64,000 nucleotides of DNA from Syntrophales bacterium (GCA_963668175.1 OY764159.1:2176001-2240000), one strand, 5' to 3'. Positions 40,466 to 50,499 are shown, numbered from the stretch's first letter. The notes: generated by a model not told the origin, from the letters alone. Made by a program: numbers and translations.

Positions 40466-41494
40466 ATGAACGTCCTTTTCCTGACATACCCGTATCCCAA
40501 TTATGTCCCCGATCTGCTCCTCCACGGCCTGAGGAAACTCCTGGGACCGGCGGTCGTCGATTACCCGAGGAAGGACAGCCTCTACCGGGGCGAGATCTTC
40601 GGCGTGGCCCCGGAGGATCAGCTGATTTCCCGTCTGTTCCCGCCGGAGGACACCGCCATCGACCGGGAGGACATCGCCGGCAAAATCGAAAAGGGTTTCT
40701 TCCGATACATCGTCTGCGACAGCCGCCTGGTGGCCGAAACGGTCGCGACGGACGGCGACCGCGCCCTGATGCGTTTCGGCGGCATCCGTTCCATCCCGCT
40801 GTTTCAGGACGAAACCCGGCCCCTGCCGCGGGGGCTCGCCCTCATCGACGGGAACGATTACCCCTTTCCCATTCCGCCCGGCCCCTACGTCGTCTGCCGG
40901 AGAGAGACGGACGGGACCGACGGCACCGTTCCCCTGCCCATGGCCCTGCCGGAGGAGATCTGGCAGTGGATTCACGCCTACAGGAGAGAGCCCAAGGCCT
41001 ATTCCGTGGGTTTCCTGGGCAGCAACCGGCCCTTCTTCCACGGCGAAGACCGGAGCGGCCTCATGGAAGCCATCGCCGCGCGCTACCCCGACAGCCTGCT
41101 CGGTATGTCCGCGATCCCCACGGCGGATACGCCGAGCCCCTCGGGCAGGATGGGCCGGGACGACTATTACCGCGGCCTCCAGCAGTGCCGCGTCGTCCTC
41201 AGCCTGCGGGGCGAGGGCTACGACACGTTCCGGTTCTGGGAGAACGCGGCCTGCTCGGCCGTGCACGTCGCCCAGCGGATGCCGCTCTACATTCCCGACG
41301 ATTTCGAACACGGCCGCAGCATCCTCCGGTTTTCCGACGCGGACGAGATGATCCGGCTGATCGACATGGTCCTCGACGGGAGCATCCGGGGCGAATGGAT
41401 CGTGCAGGAGAGCCACCGCCGTCTTGCCCGATACCACACGACGGAAAGGCGGGCCGCCTATTTCCTGGACAGGATGAAGGCGTCTTTTTCGTGA
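40466..41494 (+). CDS. Glycosyltransferase-like protein (GT-B C-terminal, CgeB/exostosin-like)
   Basis: VGFLG...R...Y...L...RVVLSLRGEGYDTFRFWENAAC. Confidence 0.7.
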   Translation: MNVLFLTYPYPNYVPDLLLHGLRKLLGPAVVDYPRKDSLYRGEIFGVAPEDQLISRLFPPEDTAIDREDIAGKIEKGFFRYIVCDSRLVAETVATDGDRALMRFGGIRSIPLFQDETRPLPRGLALIDGNDYPFPIPPGPYVVCRRETDGTDGTVPLPMALPEEIWQWIHAYRREPKAYSVGFLGSNRPFFHGEDRSGLMEAIAARYPDSLLGMSAIPTADTPSPSGRMGRDDYYRGLQQCRVVLSLRGEGYDTFRFWENAACSAVHVAQRMPLYIPDDFEHGRSILRFSDADEMIRLIDMVLDGSIRGEWIVQESHRRLARYHTTERRAAYFLDRMKASFS

Positions 41495-41531
41495 AGGCGG
41501 AAGGACAGGGCTGCCGGTCTTTCTCGATTGG

Positions 41532-42557
41532 TCATCGGCTGCGTCTGCGTCCGACGACGCGGAGGCTCAAGGCGGCCGTGACCTCGACGAAACCTTCCGG
41601 TCTTTCCAGCAGTTCCCGGTAGAAGGCGGATACGCCTTCGCTGGCCTCGACGTCGTGAAAGGCGATGAGGCCGTCCCGATGGACGAATGGCGACCAGCAC
41701 TCGAAATCCCGCTTCGAGGCTGCGTAGGAGTGGTCCCCGTCTATGAAAAGAAGGCGGATGGGCCGGTTCCATCCCAATACGGCCTGTTCGGAAGGGGCGA
41801 CGATCGGGTCGATCCAGTCGGCCACGCCCATGGCTTCGATGTTATGCCGGAAGCGGCGATACGTCGAGCCCTCTTCGAGGATGACCTTCTCTTCCTGGTT
41901 CTCCGGCGACCCCTGGAAGTGATCGACGGCCGTCACGCATTCCCGCCCCTTGCTGCGGGAGCCCGCGGCCAGGCAGTAAGTCGATTTTCCCATCCATGAG
42001 CCGATTTCCACGATCTCCCCGTTTCCGCCGCCGTCCGCCGCCAGCATCGAAAGGGTGTAGCCCTCGAGGCACCTCAGCCAACCTTCGAGCTGAAAAACGG
42101 TCCGGCAGAACGGCGGGAAATCTTTTTCCAGGCCGTCGAAGATGCCGCGCAGTTCCGGGAAGTCGCGATGGACCTTCAGGGCCGCCCTGCTCGCCACGAC
42201 CGCGTCAGCCATCTCTTCCACGCGGCCGTTGTCTTCCAGCATCGTGACGAGATTGAAAAACGGTCCGGTATCTTCGGGGACCAGGGCTATTGCCTGACGT
42301 AAGAAAGCGGCGGCTTCGTCGAATCTCCTCAGGCGCCAGCTGCATTTGCCCATGTTGTTGAGGGTGCGGTAGTCTCCGGGGCGGAGTTCGAGGGATTTGT
42401 TATAGCAGGCAAGGGCGCGGTCGTCCTCGCGGCGCTCTTCGAAGGCGTTTCCGAGGGCGAAGTACCATTCGGCGTTGTTCGGGTCGGACGCTATCCTTTC
42501 CATGATGAAGGATATCCGTTCGTCCGTCGCGAAGTCGGGGACTTTCGTCGATGTCAT
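41532..42557 (-). CDS. TPR repeat plus class I SAM methyltransferase (Methyltransf_24-like)
   Basis: N-terminal TPRs; VEIGSWMGKST, VDHF, FIDGDHSY, FHD. Confidence 0.85.
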   Translation of the reverse strand: MTSTKVPDFATDERISFIMERIASDPNNAEWYFALGNAFEERREDDRALACYNKSLELRPGDYRTLNNMGKCSWRLRRFDEAAAFLRQAIALVPEDTGPFFNLVTMLEDNGRVEEMADAVVASRAALKVHRDFPELRGIFDGLEKDFPPFCRTVFQLEGWLRCLEGYTLSMLAADGGGNGEIVEIGSWMGKSTYCLAAGSRSKGRECVTAVDHFQGSPENQEEKVILEEGSTYRRFRHNIEAMGVADWIDPIVAPSEQAVLGWNRPIRLLFIDGDHSYAASKRDFECWSPFVHRDGLIAFHDVEASEGVSAFYRELLERPEGFVEVTAALSLRVVGRRRSR

Positions 42558-42803
42558 AACCCGTCCGTTTGGGGTCCGAAAGGAATTATGCCATATTCGG
42601 GGAGGAACGGCAACGGCGATTATTCGTTCGAAGGGAAGCCTGTTCCCCGTTTGGAACCGCATGCCCCGGCTTGCCCGCCCGATGAGCGCAGCCAGGCGTG
42701 GCCGTTTCCGCAGGCGTCCCGATTTTTCCTTGCTTTATGAAGGAATAAGATGCACGCTGTTTCACACCGGCGAAAACAATAACGCAAACGCGAGAAGTGC
42801 CGC

Positions 42804-43457
42804 ATGCAAACCGACCGTCCAGCCTGCAAAATCTGTTCAGGGCCGGCCCAGTTGTTCTACAGGGACTGGCGCAGCTTTTACATATGCCCGGTATGCTTCT
42901 TCGTCTTTACGGCGGAAACCATCGGCGAGGATCAGCAACGCACGCATTTCGCCTCGCAGGATATGCAGGAGCCGGACTTCTGGAATAACGAAGCCGAGAA
43001 GTATATCCGGTTCGCCGGGCAATTTGTCGAACCGGGGACGATACTCGATTTCGGGTCCGGCAGAGGCTGCCTGTCCGAGGCGTTGAAGGCCATGGGCTTC
43101 GATGTCTCGTCCTTTGAACCCATGATACACGGCCGTTTCGACCGGCAGGCCTATCCCCGTCAATTCAACCTGGTCATCGCCAACCAGGTGATCGAGCACA
43201 TGACGGACATCGTCAGCGAGATCGGGAACATCCTCCCCGTCCTCGAACCCGGCGGCCTGCTGTTTTTCAGCAGCCTGTTCACCGATCACTTCATCTTCGA
43301 CCGCGATTCGCCGGAGTACTTCAAGAACTGGTGGTACAAGGACGATCCGACGCACGTATCCTTCTACTGTTTTCTGACATTGGACCAAGTCGGCAAACAT
43401 ACGGGCCTGAACATCGTCGGTTACGGGCCCAACGCCGTCGCGCTCATGCGGGCCTGA
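42804..43457 (+). CDS. Class I SAM methyltransferase with N-terminal zinc ribbon
   Basis: CKIC...CPVC; LDFGSGRG; VIEH; WWYKDDPTHVSFY. Confidence 0.85.
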   Translation: MQTDRPACKICSGPAQLFYRDWRSFYICPVCFFVFTAETIGEDQQRTHFASQDMQEPDFWNNEAEKYIRFAGQFVEPGTILDFGSGRGCLSEALKAMGFDVSSFEPMIHGRFDRQAYPRQFNLVIANQVIEHMTDIVSEIGNILPVLEPGGLLFFSSLFTDHFIFDRDSPEYFKNWWYKDDPTHVSFYCFLTLDQVGKHTGLNIVGYGPNAVALMRA

Positions 43458-43595
43458 CGTCTTCGGTTCGCTGCCGTCTTGCTCCCCCCGATTCCTTAAC
43501 GTGCCTCACGGACGATTCCGATGCATGCGCCTCCGCTGCCGGCACGCTTCGCGTCGTCAGGCTCCGGACAAAAAGCCGGGGGAAGGTCCGGTTCC

Positions 43596-44261
43596 CTATT
43601 TCGCGAAACCCACCGTCTGGGCGAGGATGATCGTCTGGCCGGGCTTGAGCTTCATGATCGGCGCCAGCGCCGCCTTGTCCACATAGGCGCGGACGACCGT
43701 GGCGAGGCCCGCCGAGGCGCAGTAGAGGTAGACGTTTTCGCTGATGAAGCCCGTAGCCGCCGCCGCATAGAGGAGCTTGATCTCGTCGGTCTTGCCGCCC
43801 GACTTCGTCATGTCCGCCACGTAGATCAGGTTGAGGGGGACGTCCTTCACATAGGCCTGCGTGCCCGCCGCCGCCCGGTGGTCCCCCGATGCGACCAGTT
43901 TCAACTGGTTGGCCTTGGCATCGTAAAGGTAAATCCCCTTCTCCATGACTGCGTAGACGTCGATTTCCTGCTTGTTGTTGGCCGTGGGCGCCGTGCGTTT
44001 CCCGGAATCGGCGCGGCTGACGCCGAAGGCCGCCCACAGGAGGTTGGAAAGGGTCTGCGGGGGGAGCGGCTGGTTCGTGTATGTGCGCGTGGACGTCCTT
44101 TTTCCCAGGAGTTTCAGGAAGGGATCGGTGTCCGTCTGGGGCTTCATGAGCTGCACGGTCGCCTCCGCATCGGCGGCCGCCGATCTTTCAACGGAGCAGA
44201 TCATGCCCGCAACGAATAAAACCAAAGTTACGGTTGCCAGCAGACCAATATTCTTTTTCAT
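43596..44261 (-). CDS. Nitroreductase family protein with signal peptide
   Basis: KRTSTR...LLWAAFG...RTAPTA...ENVYL; RBS AAGGAGG. Confidence 0.88.
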   Translation of the reverse strand: MKKNIGLLATVTLVLFVAGMICSVERSAAADAEATVQLMKPQTDTDPFLKLLGKRTSTRTYTNQPLPPQTLSNLLWAAFGVSRADSGKRTAPTANNKQEIDVYAVMEKGIYLYDAKANQLKLVASGDHRAAAGTQAYVKDVPLNLIYVADMTKSGGKTDEIKLLYAAAATGFISENVYLYCASAGLATVVRAYVDKAALAPIMKLKPGQTIILAQTVGFAK

Positions 44262-44468
44262 CGTGAGCCTCCTTGTTCAAGTTAAAGGTTGTTGAAGAAC
44301 GGTGTGCCTCTGTGAAGACTATAAGCGAATGGCGGCTTCGTGTCAATGGCGCGGGCTGGACAGGCGGATTCGGGGCTTCAGGCGGCGGCGGTTTCGGCCC
44401 GTTTTCGGAACGCAAACGCGGAATTCCGGGCGCGGCCGGGTGCGATGGAAATGCGCCGGTTCCCTCTC

Positions 44469-45395
44469 CTATCTGAACGAAGCCGGTTTCTGGTGGCAGC
44501 GAAGCCCCGCGATGCGTTCGAGTTCCGCTGCGTTTGCGGCGGATACGTGCCAGCCGTCGGCCTGCAGGGTGAAGCGGAGCGGCGCCGCCGCGAAGGCCGT
44601 CTCTTTTTTCGACGCCTTCTGTTCAACGACAAGGACAAGATCGAAACCGGGATAGAAGGACATGTGCCAGCCTTTGAAGAAAGGCGCGATCTGGCCGGGC
44701 TGTGACGCGGCGCTGCCGCGGCATATAATCTCCACGGCGGGTTCGTCGCAGCCCACGTTGGCGACGAGGAGTGCGAACGGCGGGTTGATGCCGTCGTTCA
44801 AAACGAGCATCCGCTTGCCGTCCGGCGATATGGCAACCGTATCGACGCCGTTGTGGGCGTAGAGGGTTTTGCCGTTCTTCGGGTTGACGAAGAAGGAGCC
44901 GGGCGAATCGTGTTGGTAAAGGGCCTCCACGCGGTAGAAGCCGTTGTGCGCCGCTTTCCCCAGGTACATGAAATGACGCGCGTCGCCCTCGGATTGATCC
45001 GTGGCGGGCAGGGACCAGTCCTTGAAGACGACAGGCGGCCCCGATTCCGGCTTGACGGTGAGCGTCTGCCCGTCGCGGCTTATGGCGGCCTTGTCGGCTT
45101 CGATGCGCGCCGGCTCGGACTTCGGCGCATACATGTCGGAGATGGAGACGACCTTCGGATCGCTGCGGCCGAGCTGGGGGAGCCTTAAAATCTGCCGCGC
45201 GGCATCGAGGGCCAGCTGGTCCGTCTTGGCCGGCGCGTTGCTCAGGAGCGGGTGCTTCGCGTCCTTCAGATATCCGGACAGGTTCGCGACGCCGGGGCTG
45301 TCGGCGGACATTTTCTCCTCGGCCGGACAGGGCGCAGCCAGGCCGATGACAAGGGCCAGGAAGGCGGCTGCGGCTATATAAAGCGAACGATACAT
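44469..45395 (-). CDS. Hypothetical secreted protein
   Basis: Signal peptide; host-like codon usage. Confidence 0.7.
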   Translation of the reverse strand: MYRSLYIAAAAFLALVIGLAAPCPAEEKMSADSPGVANLSGYLKDAKHPLLSNAPAKTDQLALDAARQILRLPQLGRSDPKVVSISDMYAPKSEPARIEADKAAISRDGQTLTVKPESGPPVVFKDWSLPATDQSEGDARHFMYLGKAAHNGFYRVEALYQHDSPGSFFVNPKNGKTLYAHNGVDTVAISPDGKRMLVLNDGINPPFALLVANVGCDEPAVEIICRGSAASQPGQIAPFFKGWHMSFYPGFDLVLVVEQKASKKETAFAAAPLRFTLQADGWHVSAANAAELERIAGLRCHQKPASFR

Positions 45396-45410
45396 GCCAA
45401 ACTCTTTGCC

Positions 45411-46373
45411 TCAATCGATCAGAGAAAGCAATCGCTTTTTTTTCTCTTCTTCCAGCCACGACGAGCGTATCGCATTTGCCGAGAGCACTTTCAAATCCTG
45501 CTTTGAAAACTGCAAATGTTTTTCCATCATGTCGTACTCGCCGGAAAGCGAATTGCCGAACATCTTAGGATCGTCCGTGTTGATGGAGACCAATATCCCG
45601 CGGTCGAAATACCGCTTGATGGGATGGGACGCCATATCGGGCACGACTTTGGTGCAGACGTTGGAATAGGGGCACATTTCCAGCGGAATCTTGTGACCGG
45701 CGAGATAATCGAGCAGGCCTTCGTCTTCGAACGCCCGCGTGCCGTGGCCGATGCGTTCCGCCCGCAATGCCGTCAGGGCGGCCCGGATGCTCGGGGCCCC
45801 CGCCGCTTCGCCCGCATGGGCGGTCGTATGGAATCCCAGCTTCCGGGCGTGTTCGAAAGCGTCTTTGTATAATTCGGCCGGAAATTCGTTCTCGCTTCCT
45901 CCCAGCCCTATACCGACAACGCCCAGGTTTTTGACCTCGTTTACCTCCTCAAGCGTACGCATGGCATTCTCGGGGCCGTAATTCCTGACCAGGTCGATAA
46001 TGAGCGCAACCTCGATCCCCGCCACGCGGTCGAGCCCTTTTCTGACCGCCTGCGTTATCTCCCGGACATCGAGGCGGAAATTCCTGAAATCGGATGGGGA
46101 ATAATGGACTTCGGCATACAGGATTTTCTGGTTCCTGAGATCGAGGGCGAACTGTTCCGCGATGAACGTGAAATCCTCATACTCGCGAATGAAGGCGCTC
46201 TTCCACATCCAGGTTTCAATAAAATGACCGAAATCCGTAAATCGAAAGCGCTTGACGAGCGCATCCATGTCCGGCACGGACGGATCGCCTCCATATTTCC
46301 GGATAAGCTGCCAGAGGGCTTCGTAAGGGATGGCGCCTTCCAGGTGCAGATGGATTTCAACGAGAGGCAGCAT
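45411..46373 (-). CDS. add: Adenosine/adenine deaminase
   Basis: HLHLEG, HAGE, RIGHG, CPYSN, NTDDP. Confidence 0.9.
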   Translation of the reverse strand: MLPLVEIHLHLEGAIPYEALWQLIRKYGGDPSVPDMDALVKRFRFTDFGHFIETWMWKSAFIREYEDFTFIAEQFALDLRNQKILYAEVHYSPSDFRNFRLDVREITQAVRKGLDRVAGIEVALIIDLVRNYGPENAMRTLEEVNEVKNLGVVGIGLGGSENEFPAELYKDAFEHARKLGFHTTAHAGEAAGAPSIRAALTALRAERIGHGTRAFEDEGLLDYLAGHKIPLEMCPYSNVCTKVVPDMASHPIKRYFDRGILVSINTDDPKMFGNSLSGEYDMMEKHLQFSKQDLKVLSANAIRSSWLEEEKKKRLLSLID

Positions 46374-46438
46374 GAGCGTATCCTTATTCTGCTTATGCAG
46401 GCGCACCAGGGGGCATGCCCGCGGGAGCGTCCCGCCGT

Positions 46439-48535
46439 TTATTTGAAGAACACCCGGCAGTCCACGACGGACAGGCCCTTGCCCGCCCCGTGAACGATGA
46501 CGGGGTTGAGGTCGATCTCGGCGATCTCCGGCACGGCGGAAAGCAGCCGCGCCACGCGGCAGATCAGGTCGGCCAGGGCGTCGATGTCGGCCTTGGCCCG
46601 GCCCCTCGCCCCCTGCAAAACAGGGTAGGCTTTGAGCTGCGTCAGCATGTCCGCCGCTTCGCTCTTCGTCACCGGGGCGAGGCGGATGGCCGTGTCCTTG
46701 AATATTTCGAGGAAGACGCCGCCCAGGCCGGCCGTCACGATGGGGCCGAAGACGGGGTCCTGGCGGCCGCCCACGAAACATTCGACGCCCTCCGCCGCCA
46801 TGGTCTGGACGAGAAAGCCGTCGATAGTCGGTTTATCAGGCAAAGCCCCGATGGCCTTTTCCATTGCGCCGACGGCCGCGGCAAGCTCCGCCGGGCCTGC
46901 GATCCCGAGCTTCACACCGCCCACGTCCGACTTGTGCGAGGCGTCGCGGGAGAGGAGCTTCACGGCGACGGGATAGATCATTTTCAGGCCTTCCGCCTCG
47001 CGGGCGGAACGGACGACCGTGCAGGGAACGCTTTCTATCCCCACGGCGGCCGCGATATCCAGGGCCTCGTCGGTAAGCGGTATGCGCTTTTCGGCGTTGC
47101 ACCGCGCGCGGACGGCCGCAATCTTCTCCGTATCGACCGGGTCCGCCGGATACGCCCCGCGCCCGTCCCGGGCCTTCTTCTCTTCATGGTACGTCGCGGA
47201 GACGTCGAGGGCCTTGACCGCCGCAAGGGGCGTCATGAAGACGGGATAGCCCTGGTTCTTCGCGATGTCGAGGCGCTCCTTCGCGTCGGTGATGAGGGCG
47301 ATGGCGACGGGTTTCCGGTACTCCTCGACCATGCGGCCGACGTTCGCCAGGAACGTCCGGGACATTTCCGCCTCGTAGCTCGACGCGTAGACATGGTTGA
47401 AGAGGACGCCGTCCACGTCTGGAAGCTTGAGCGTCTCTTCCAGGATGCGGATGAAGATCGTGTAGTCGAAGATCTCCCCGAGGTCGAGGGGGTTCTGGTG
47501 GGCGATGACGCGCGTATGGTAGATCGTCTTGACCTTCTCGATGAACGAGGCGGGGAAGTCGACGAGGGTAAAGCCGTATTTCGCGCAGGCGTCGGCCGTG
47601 AGGACCGCGTGCCCGCCGGAGCGCGAGAGCACCGCGACGCGGCGGCTTTTCATGAGGGGCAGGCGGACGATCTTGACGGCGTTGATGAGATCGCCGTCGT
47701 CCTCCGCGCGGATCACCGCGGCCTGCCGGAAGCAGCCGTCCACTACGTCGTCGCCGGCGGAAAGGGCCGTCGTGTGCGACCGGGCGATGGCGGCGGAGGC
47801 CTCGCTGCGGTTGGATTTCTGGACGACGAGGGGCTTGCCCGAGGAAACCGCGAGGTCGAAGAAGGCCCGGCCCCGCTTGAAGCCTTCGAGGTACAGGGCC
47901 ACGACGTCCGTCCCGGCGTCCTTGAGGAAATAGTCGAGGATGTCCACCTCGTCCACCTGCAGTTTGTTGCCGACGGCGGCGAACTTCCCCGGGACGATGG
48001 CGTTGTCGCCGAAGGTCGCCAGGTGGGTCGCGCCGACGCCGCCGCTCTGGGCGATCATGGCGACGCGGCCGCCCTTCGGCACTTCCGCGAAGAAGGCGAA
48101 GGGCATCATCATCCGGATGTCGAAGTTGATCGTCCCGATGCAGTTGGGGCCGATGAAGCGGATGCCGTACCGGTTCGCGATCTCAAGGACCTGCTCTTCC
48201 AGGGTGTGTTCCCCTTCCGTATATTCGCTGAACCCGCCGGATTCGATGACGACGTGGGTGATCCCCTTGCGCCCGCAGGCCTCCATGAAACCGGGGACGG
48301 TCTGGGCCGGGGAGATGATGACGGCGACGTCGGGCACCTCCGGGAGCTTCTCGACGCTGTTGTAAACGGGGACGCCGCCGACGTTCCCCTCCTCGCGGCC
48401 GACGCCGTAGAGGGCCCCCTCGTAGCCTTGCTGCTTGTTGTTCAGAAGGATGATCTGACCGAGATTCAACTTGGTCACCGAGGCGCCGATGACCACCATG
48501 CTCTGCGGATAGAAAAACTTGTCCATGCCGTTCAT
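46439..48535 (-). CDS. Acetate/acyl-CoA ligase (ADP-forming) family, fused alpha-beta
   Basis: CoA-binding VIGAS, GPNC, QSGG, LYLEG, SHT phospho-His motif, ATP-grasp HKSDVGGV, DLNP. Confidence 0.9.
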   Translation of the reverse strand: MNGMDKFFYPQSMVVIGASVTKLNLGQIILLNNKQQGYEGALYGVGREEGNVGGVPVYNSVEKLPEVPDVAVIISPAQTVPGFMEACGRKGITHVVIESGGFSEYTEGEHTLEEQVLEIANRYGIRFIGPNCIGTINFDIRMMMPFAFFAEVPKGGRVAMIAQSGGVGATHLATFGDNAIVPGKFAAVGNKLQVDEVDILDYFLKDAGTDVVALYLEGFKRGRAFFDLAVSSGKPLVVQKSNRSEASAAIARSHTTALSAGDDVVDGCFRQAAVIRAEDDGDLINAVKIVRLPLMKSRRVAVLSRSGGHAVLTADACAKYGFTLVDFPASFIEKVKTIYHTRVIAHQNPLDLGEIFDYTIFIRILEETLKLPDVDGVLFNHVYASSYEAEMSRTFLANVGRMVEEYRKPVAIALITDAKERLDIAKNQGYPVFMTPLAAVKALDVSATYHEEKKARDGRGAYPADPVDTEKIAAVRARCNAEKRIPLTDEALDIAAAVGIESVPCTVVRSAREAEGLKMIYPVAVKLLSRDASHKSDVGGVKLGIAGPAELAAAVGAMEKAIGALPDKPTIDGFLVQTMAAEGVECFVGGRQDPVFGPIVTAGLGGVFLEIFKDTAIRLAPVTKSEAADMLTQLKAYPVLQGARGRAKADIDALADLICRVARLLSAVPEIAEIDLNPVIVHGAGKGLSVVDCRVFFK

Positions 48536-48555
48536 GCCGTCCTGCTCCTCTCCTT

Positions 48556-48699
48556 ACGGGACATTGAAAAACGCCCATCTGTGGCGTTGTTTATCACCTT
48601 CAGGTGACGCAACAAGCCTCGTCATTCAACATACGTCTATGTATGCCTCATTCCTCAGCTGTTGCACGCCTTGCATCCGGGCATTTTTGAACGGCCCGT
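48556..48699. mobile_element. 144-bp MITE/REP-like element with imperfect terminal inverted repeats
   Basis: ACGGGACATTGAAAAACGCCC vs reverse complement of right end ACGGGCCGTTCAAAAATGCCC (17/21); internal hairpins TCACC-TTCA-GGTGA and CATAC-GTCTAT-GTATG. Confidence 0.6.
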
Positions 48700-48833
48700 T
48701 TAATTAAACTGACTTGCGGTCAGTCTTACTACCATAAAAGGAGGAGGAATGCCGCTATTTTCATGACGGCCGCGATGGATATTGCATTTGATAATAGCAA
48801 ATCAAGATGTCTGGAATGAAAAACGCCGGAAGC

Positions 48834-48850
48834 TGTCGGTATGCTTTACA
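48834..48850 (+). promoter_or_regulatory. Distal enhancer box TGT-N8-TTTACA
   Basis: TGTCGGTATGCTTTACA. Confidence 0.7.
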
Positions 48851-48933
48851 TTCTCCAAGACGGCCGGATATCCTTTGCTATCGCCTGTTTTGCTTTGTTT
48901 TTGTATTATAAAGTATATAATGCATCATTAATC

Positions 48934-48950
48934 TGTCAATGTATTTTACA
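48934..48950 (+). promoter_or_regulatory. Proximal enhancer box TGT-N8-TTTACA
   Basis: TGTCAATGTATTTTACA, exactly 100 bp after the distal box. Confidence 0.7.
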
Positions 48951-49015
48951 AATGACTCATGATCTATCAAAGCGTGCAAATCGATAGTCCATGGAAAATC
49001 AGATAGATACAGATC

Positions 49016-49031
49016 AGGCATGAGGATTGCT
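49016..49031 (+). promoter_or_regulatory. Sigma-54 promoter of the PEP-CTERM array
   Basis: AGGCAT-GAGGA-TTGCT, 36 nt upstream of the ATG at 49068. Confidence 0.75.
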
Positions 49032-49067
49032 TATATTTATATGATATTATATAGGGGGGATGACAAT

Positions 49068-49559
49068 ATGAAAAGGAAACTTTTTCTGTGGGTCGCCTGT
49101 CTGAGCCTGATCGTAGGGTTTCCGGCGACGAGCTCGGCTGTTACATACACGTTTTCAGCTACTTATACTTTCGGTACAGGGGTCGGCTCATTTACTCTCG
49201 ATATACCGAATTATATCTCAGCCGATACGACCTTTCTTCCGGGTACGGATTTGACGTGTTCGAATTGCGTGCGCGTTCAGTTCATGATCGATGCCGAAGC
49301 GAGTCATCTTGCGTCAACTCACGACAGTGTCATAGCATATTCAGTCCCGGAATATGGAGGTACCTGCTATTACTACTTTCCTAACGGATCATTTGCGGTT
49401 GACGGAACCTATTATTACGAAGCATTCGGTATTAATCATAGCGCAACGCTGATTGTGAGTAGTGGAACGCCTGCCGCGGTTCCCGAGCCGGCCACCATGC
49501 TGCTTTTGGGTCTGGGCCTCGCCGGTGTCGTTTTTGCGAGAGGGAAGTTCCAAAAATAG
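49068..49559 (+). CDS. PEP-CTERM surface protein
   Basis: Signal peptide MKRKLFL...SSA; VPEPATMLLLGLGLAGVVFARGKFQK. Confidence 0.92.
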   Translation: MKRKLFLWVACLSLIVGFPATSSAVTYTFSATYTFGTGVGSFTLDIPNYISADTTFLPGTDLTCSNCVRVQFMIDAEASHLASTHDSVIAYSVPEYGGTCYYYFPNGSFAVDGTYYYEAFGINHSATLIVSSGTPAAVPEPATMLLLGLGLAGVVFARGKFQK

Positions 49560-50499
49560 TCATCGGTGTATTAAGGGGACTGCCCCTATTGTTTCTTAAT
49601 CGTCATATTTATATATGGGGGTATAATTGATGCGCAGGACGTTGAGAATTGCAATACTGCTGGCGGCTCTATTCGTCGTTACGATGGATGCAAATGTTTA
49701 TGCGGCTCCGATATTCGAGTACGAGCTCTGGATGCAGTCCAAAACGAGCCTCGATCAGGGGCATGTCGAAATCATGGGGAAGATTGTCAACAAAGGGACA
49801 GCGACGCTCGATTTAGGCAATTCCTCGGCTGGTTGGGGACCCTGGCCCGGCGATCTGGTAGTACCGCCTGTTTATGAATATCCTACCAACCGTGTGCCTG
49901 AACATCTTCTGCTCGTACCCGGCGAAACGTTTGACTTCCTGTGGTTCAGCGCAACGATTATCAAAGACGAGTCTATGTGGGCGGGATTATTGTTTCAAGG
50001 CGCTTTTAATTTTGTTCCCTACGGCTCCGGCTGGAAGTGGACTACCGGGGGATGCCTCCCCGGAATTATTGTTACAAGCGAATGGGTTATCGGCCCTGTC
50101 GGGGAATTGACATGGAATGTGACGACTATAAACCTGGACACTGCCGGCAAGTATATGAAGATCACGCCGTTTGAGCCCGTTCCCGAGCCGGCCACCATGC
50201 TGCTTCTGAGCCTTGGCCTCGCCGGTGTCGTTTTTGCGAGAGGGAAGTTCCAAAAATAGTCATCGGTGTATTAAGGGGACTACCCCTATTGTTTCTTAAG
50301 CGTCATATTTATATATGGAGGTATAATTGATGCGCAGGACGTTGAGAATTGCAATACTGCTGGCGGCTCTATTCGTCGTTATGATGGATGCAAATGTTTA
50401 TGCGGCTCCGATATTCGAGTACGAGCTCTGGATGCAGTCCAAAACGAGCCTCGATCAGGGACATGTCGAAATCATGGGGAAGATTGTCAACAAGGGGAC
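49479..50499. repeat. Near-identical direct repeat of about 320 bp with a 700-bp period (49479-49799 / 50179-50499)
   Basis: Unit = PEP-CTERM tail + intergenic spacer + first ~57 codons of the next gene. Confidence 0.92.
49630..50259 (+). CDS. PEP-CTERM surface protein (paralog 1)
   Basis: Signal peptide; VPEPATMLLL tail. Confidence 0.92.
   Translation: MRRTLRIAILLAALFVVTMDANVYAAPIFEYELWMQSKTSLDQGHVEIMGKIVNKGTATLDLGNSSAGWGPWPGDLVVPPVYEYPTNRVPEHLLLVPGETFDFLWFSATIIKDESMWAGLLFQGAFNFVPYGSGWKWTTGGCLPGIIVTSEWVIGPVGELTWNVTTINLDTAGKYMKITPFEPVPEPATMLLLSLGLAGVVFARGKFQK

Noticed and set aside
39164..41437. 757-aa radical SAM fusion as given in the ORF track
   Set aside because: The first ~414 codons overlap the glycosyltransferase on the opposite strand; the real start is most likely METSLIL at 40195
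19082..48535. GNAT (19082) and ADP-forming ligase (46439) as a split Pat acetyltransferase
   Set aside because: About 27 kb apart with no linkage, and the ligase keeps its SHT phospho-His motif
46415..48607. 730-aa plus-strand ORF
   Set aside because: Antisense shadow of the acyl-CoA ligase
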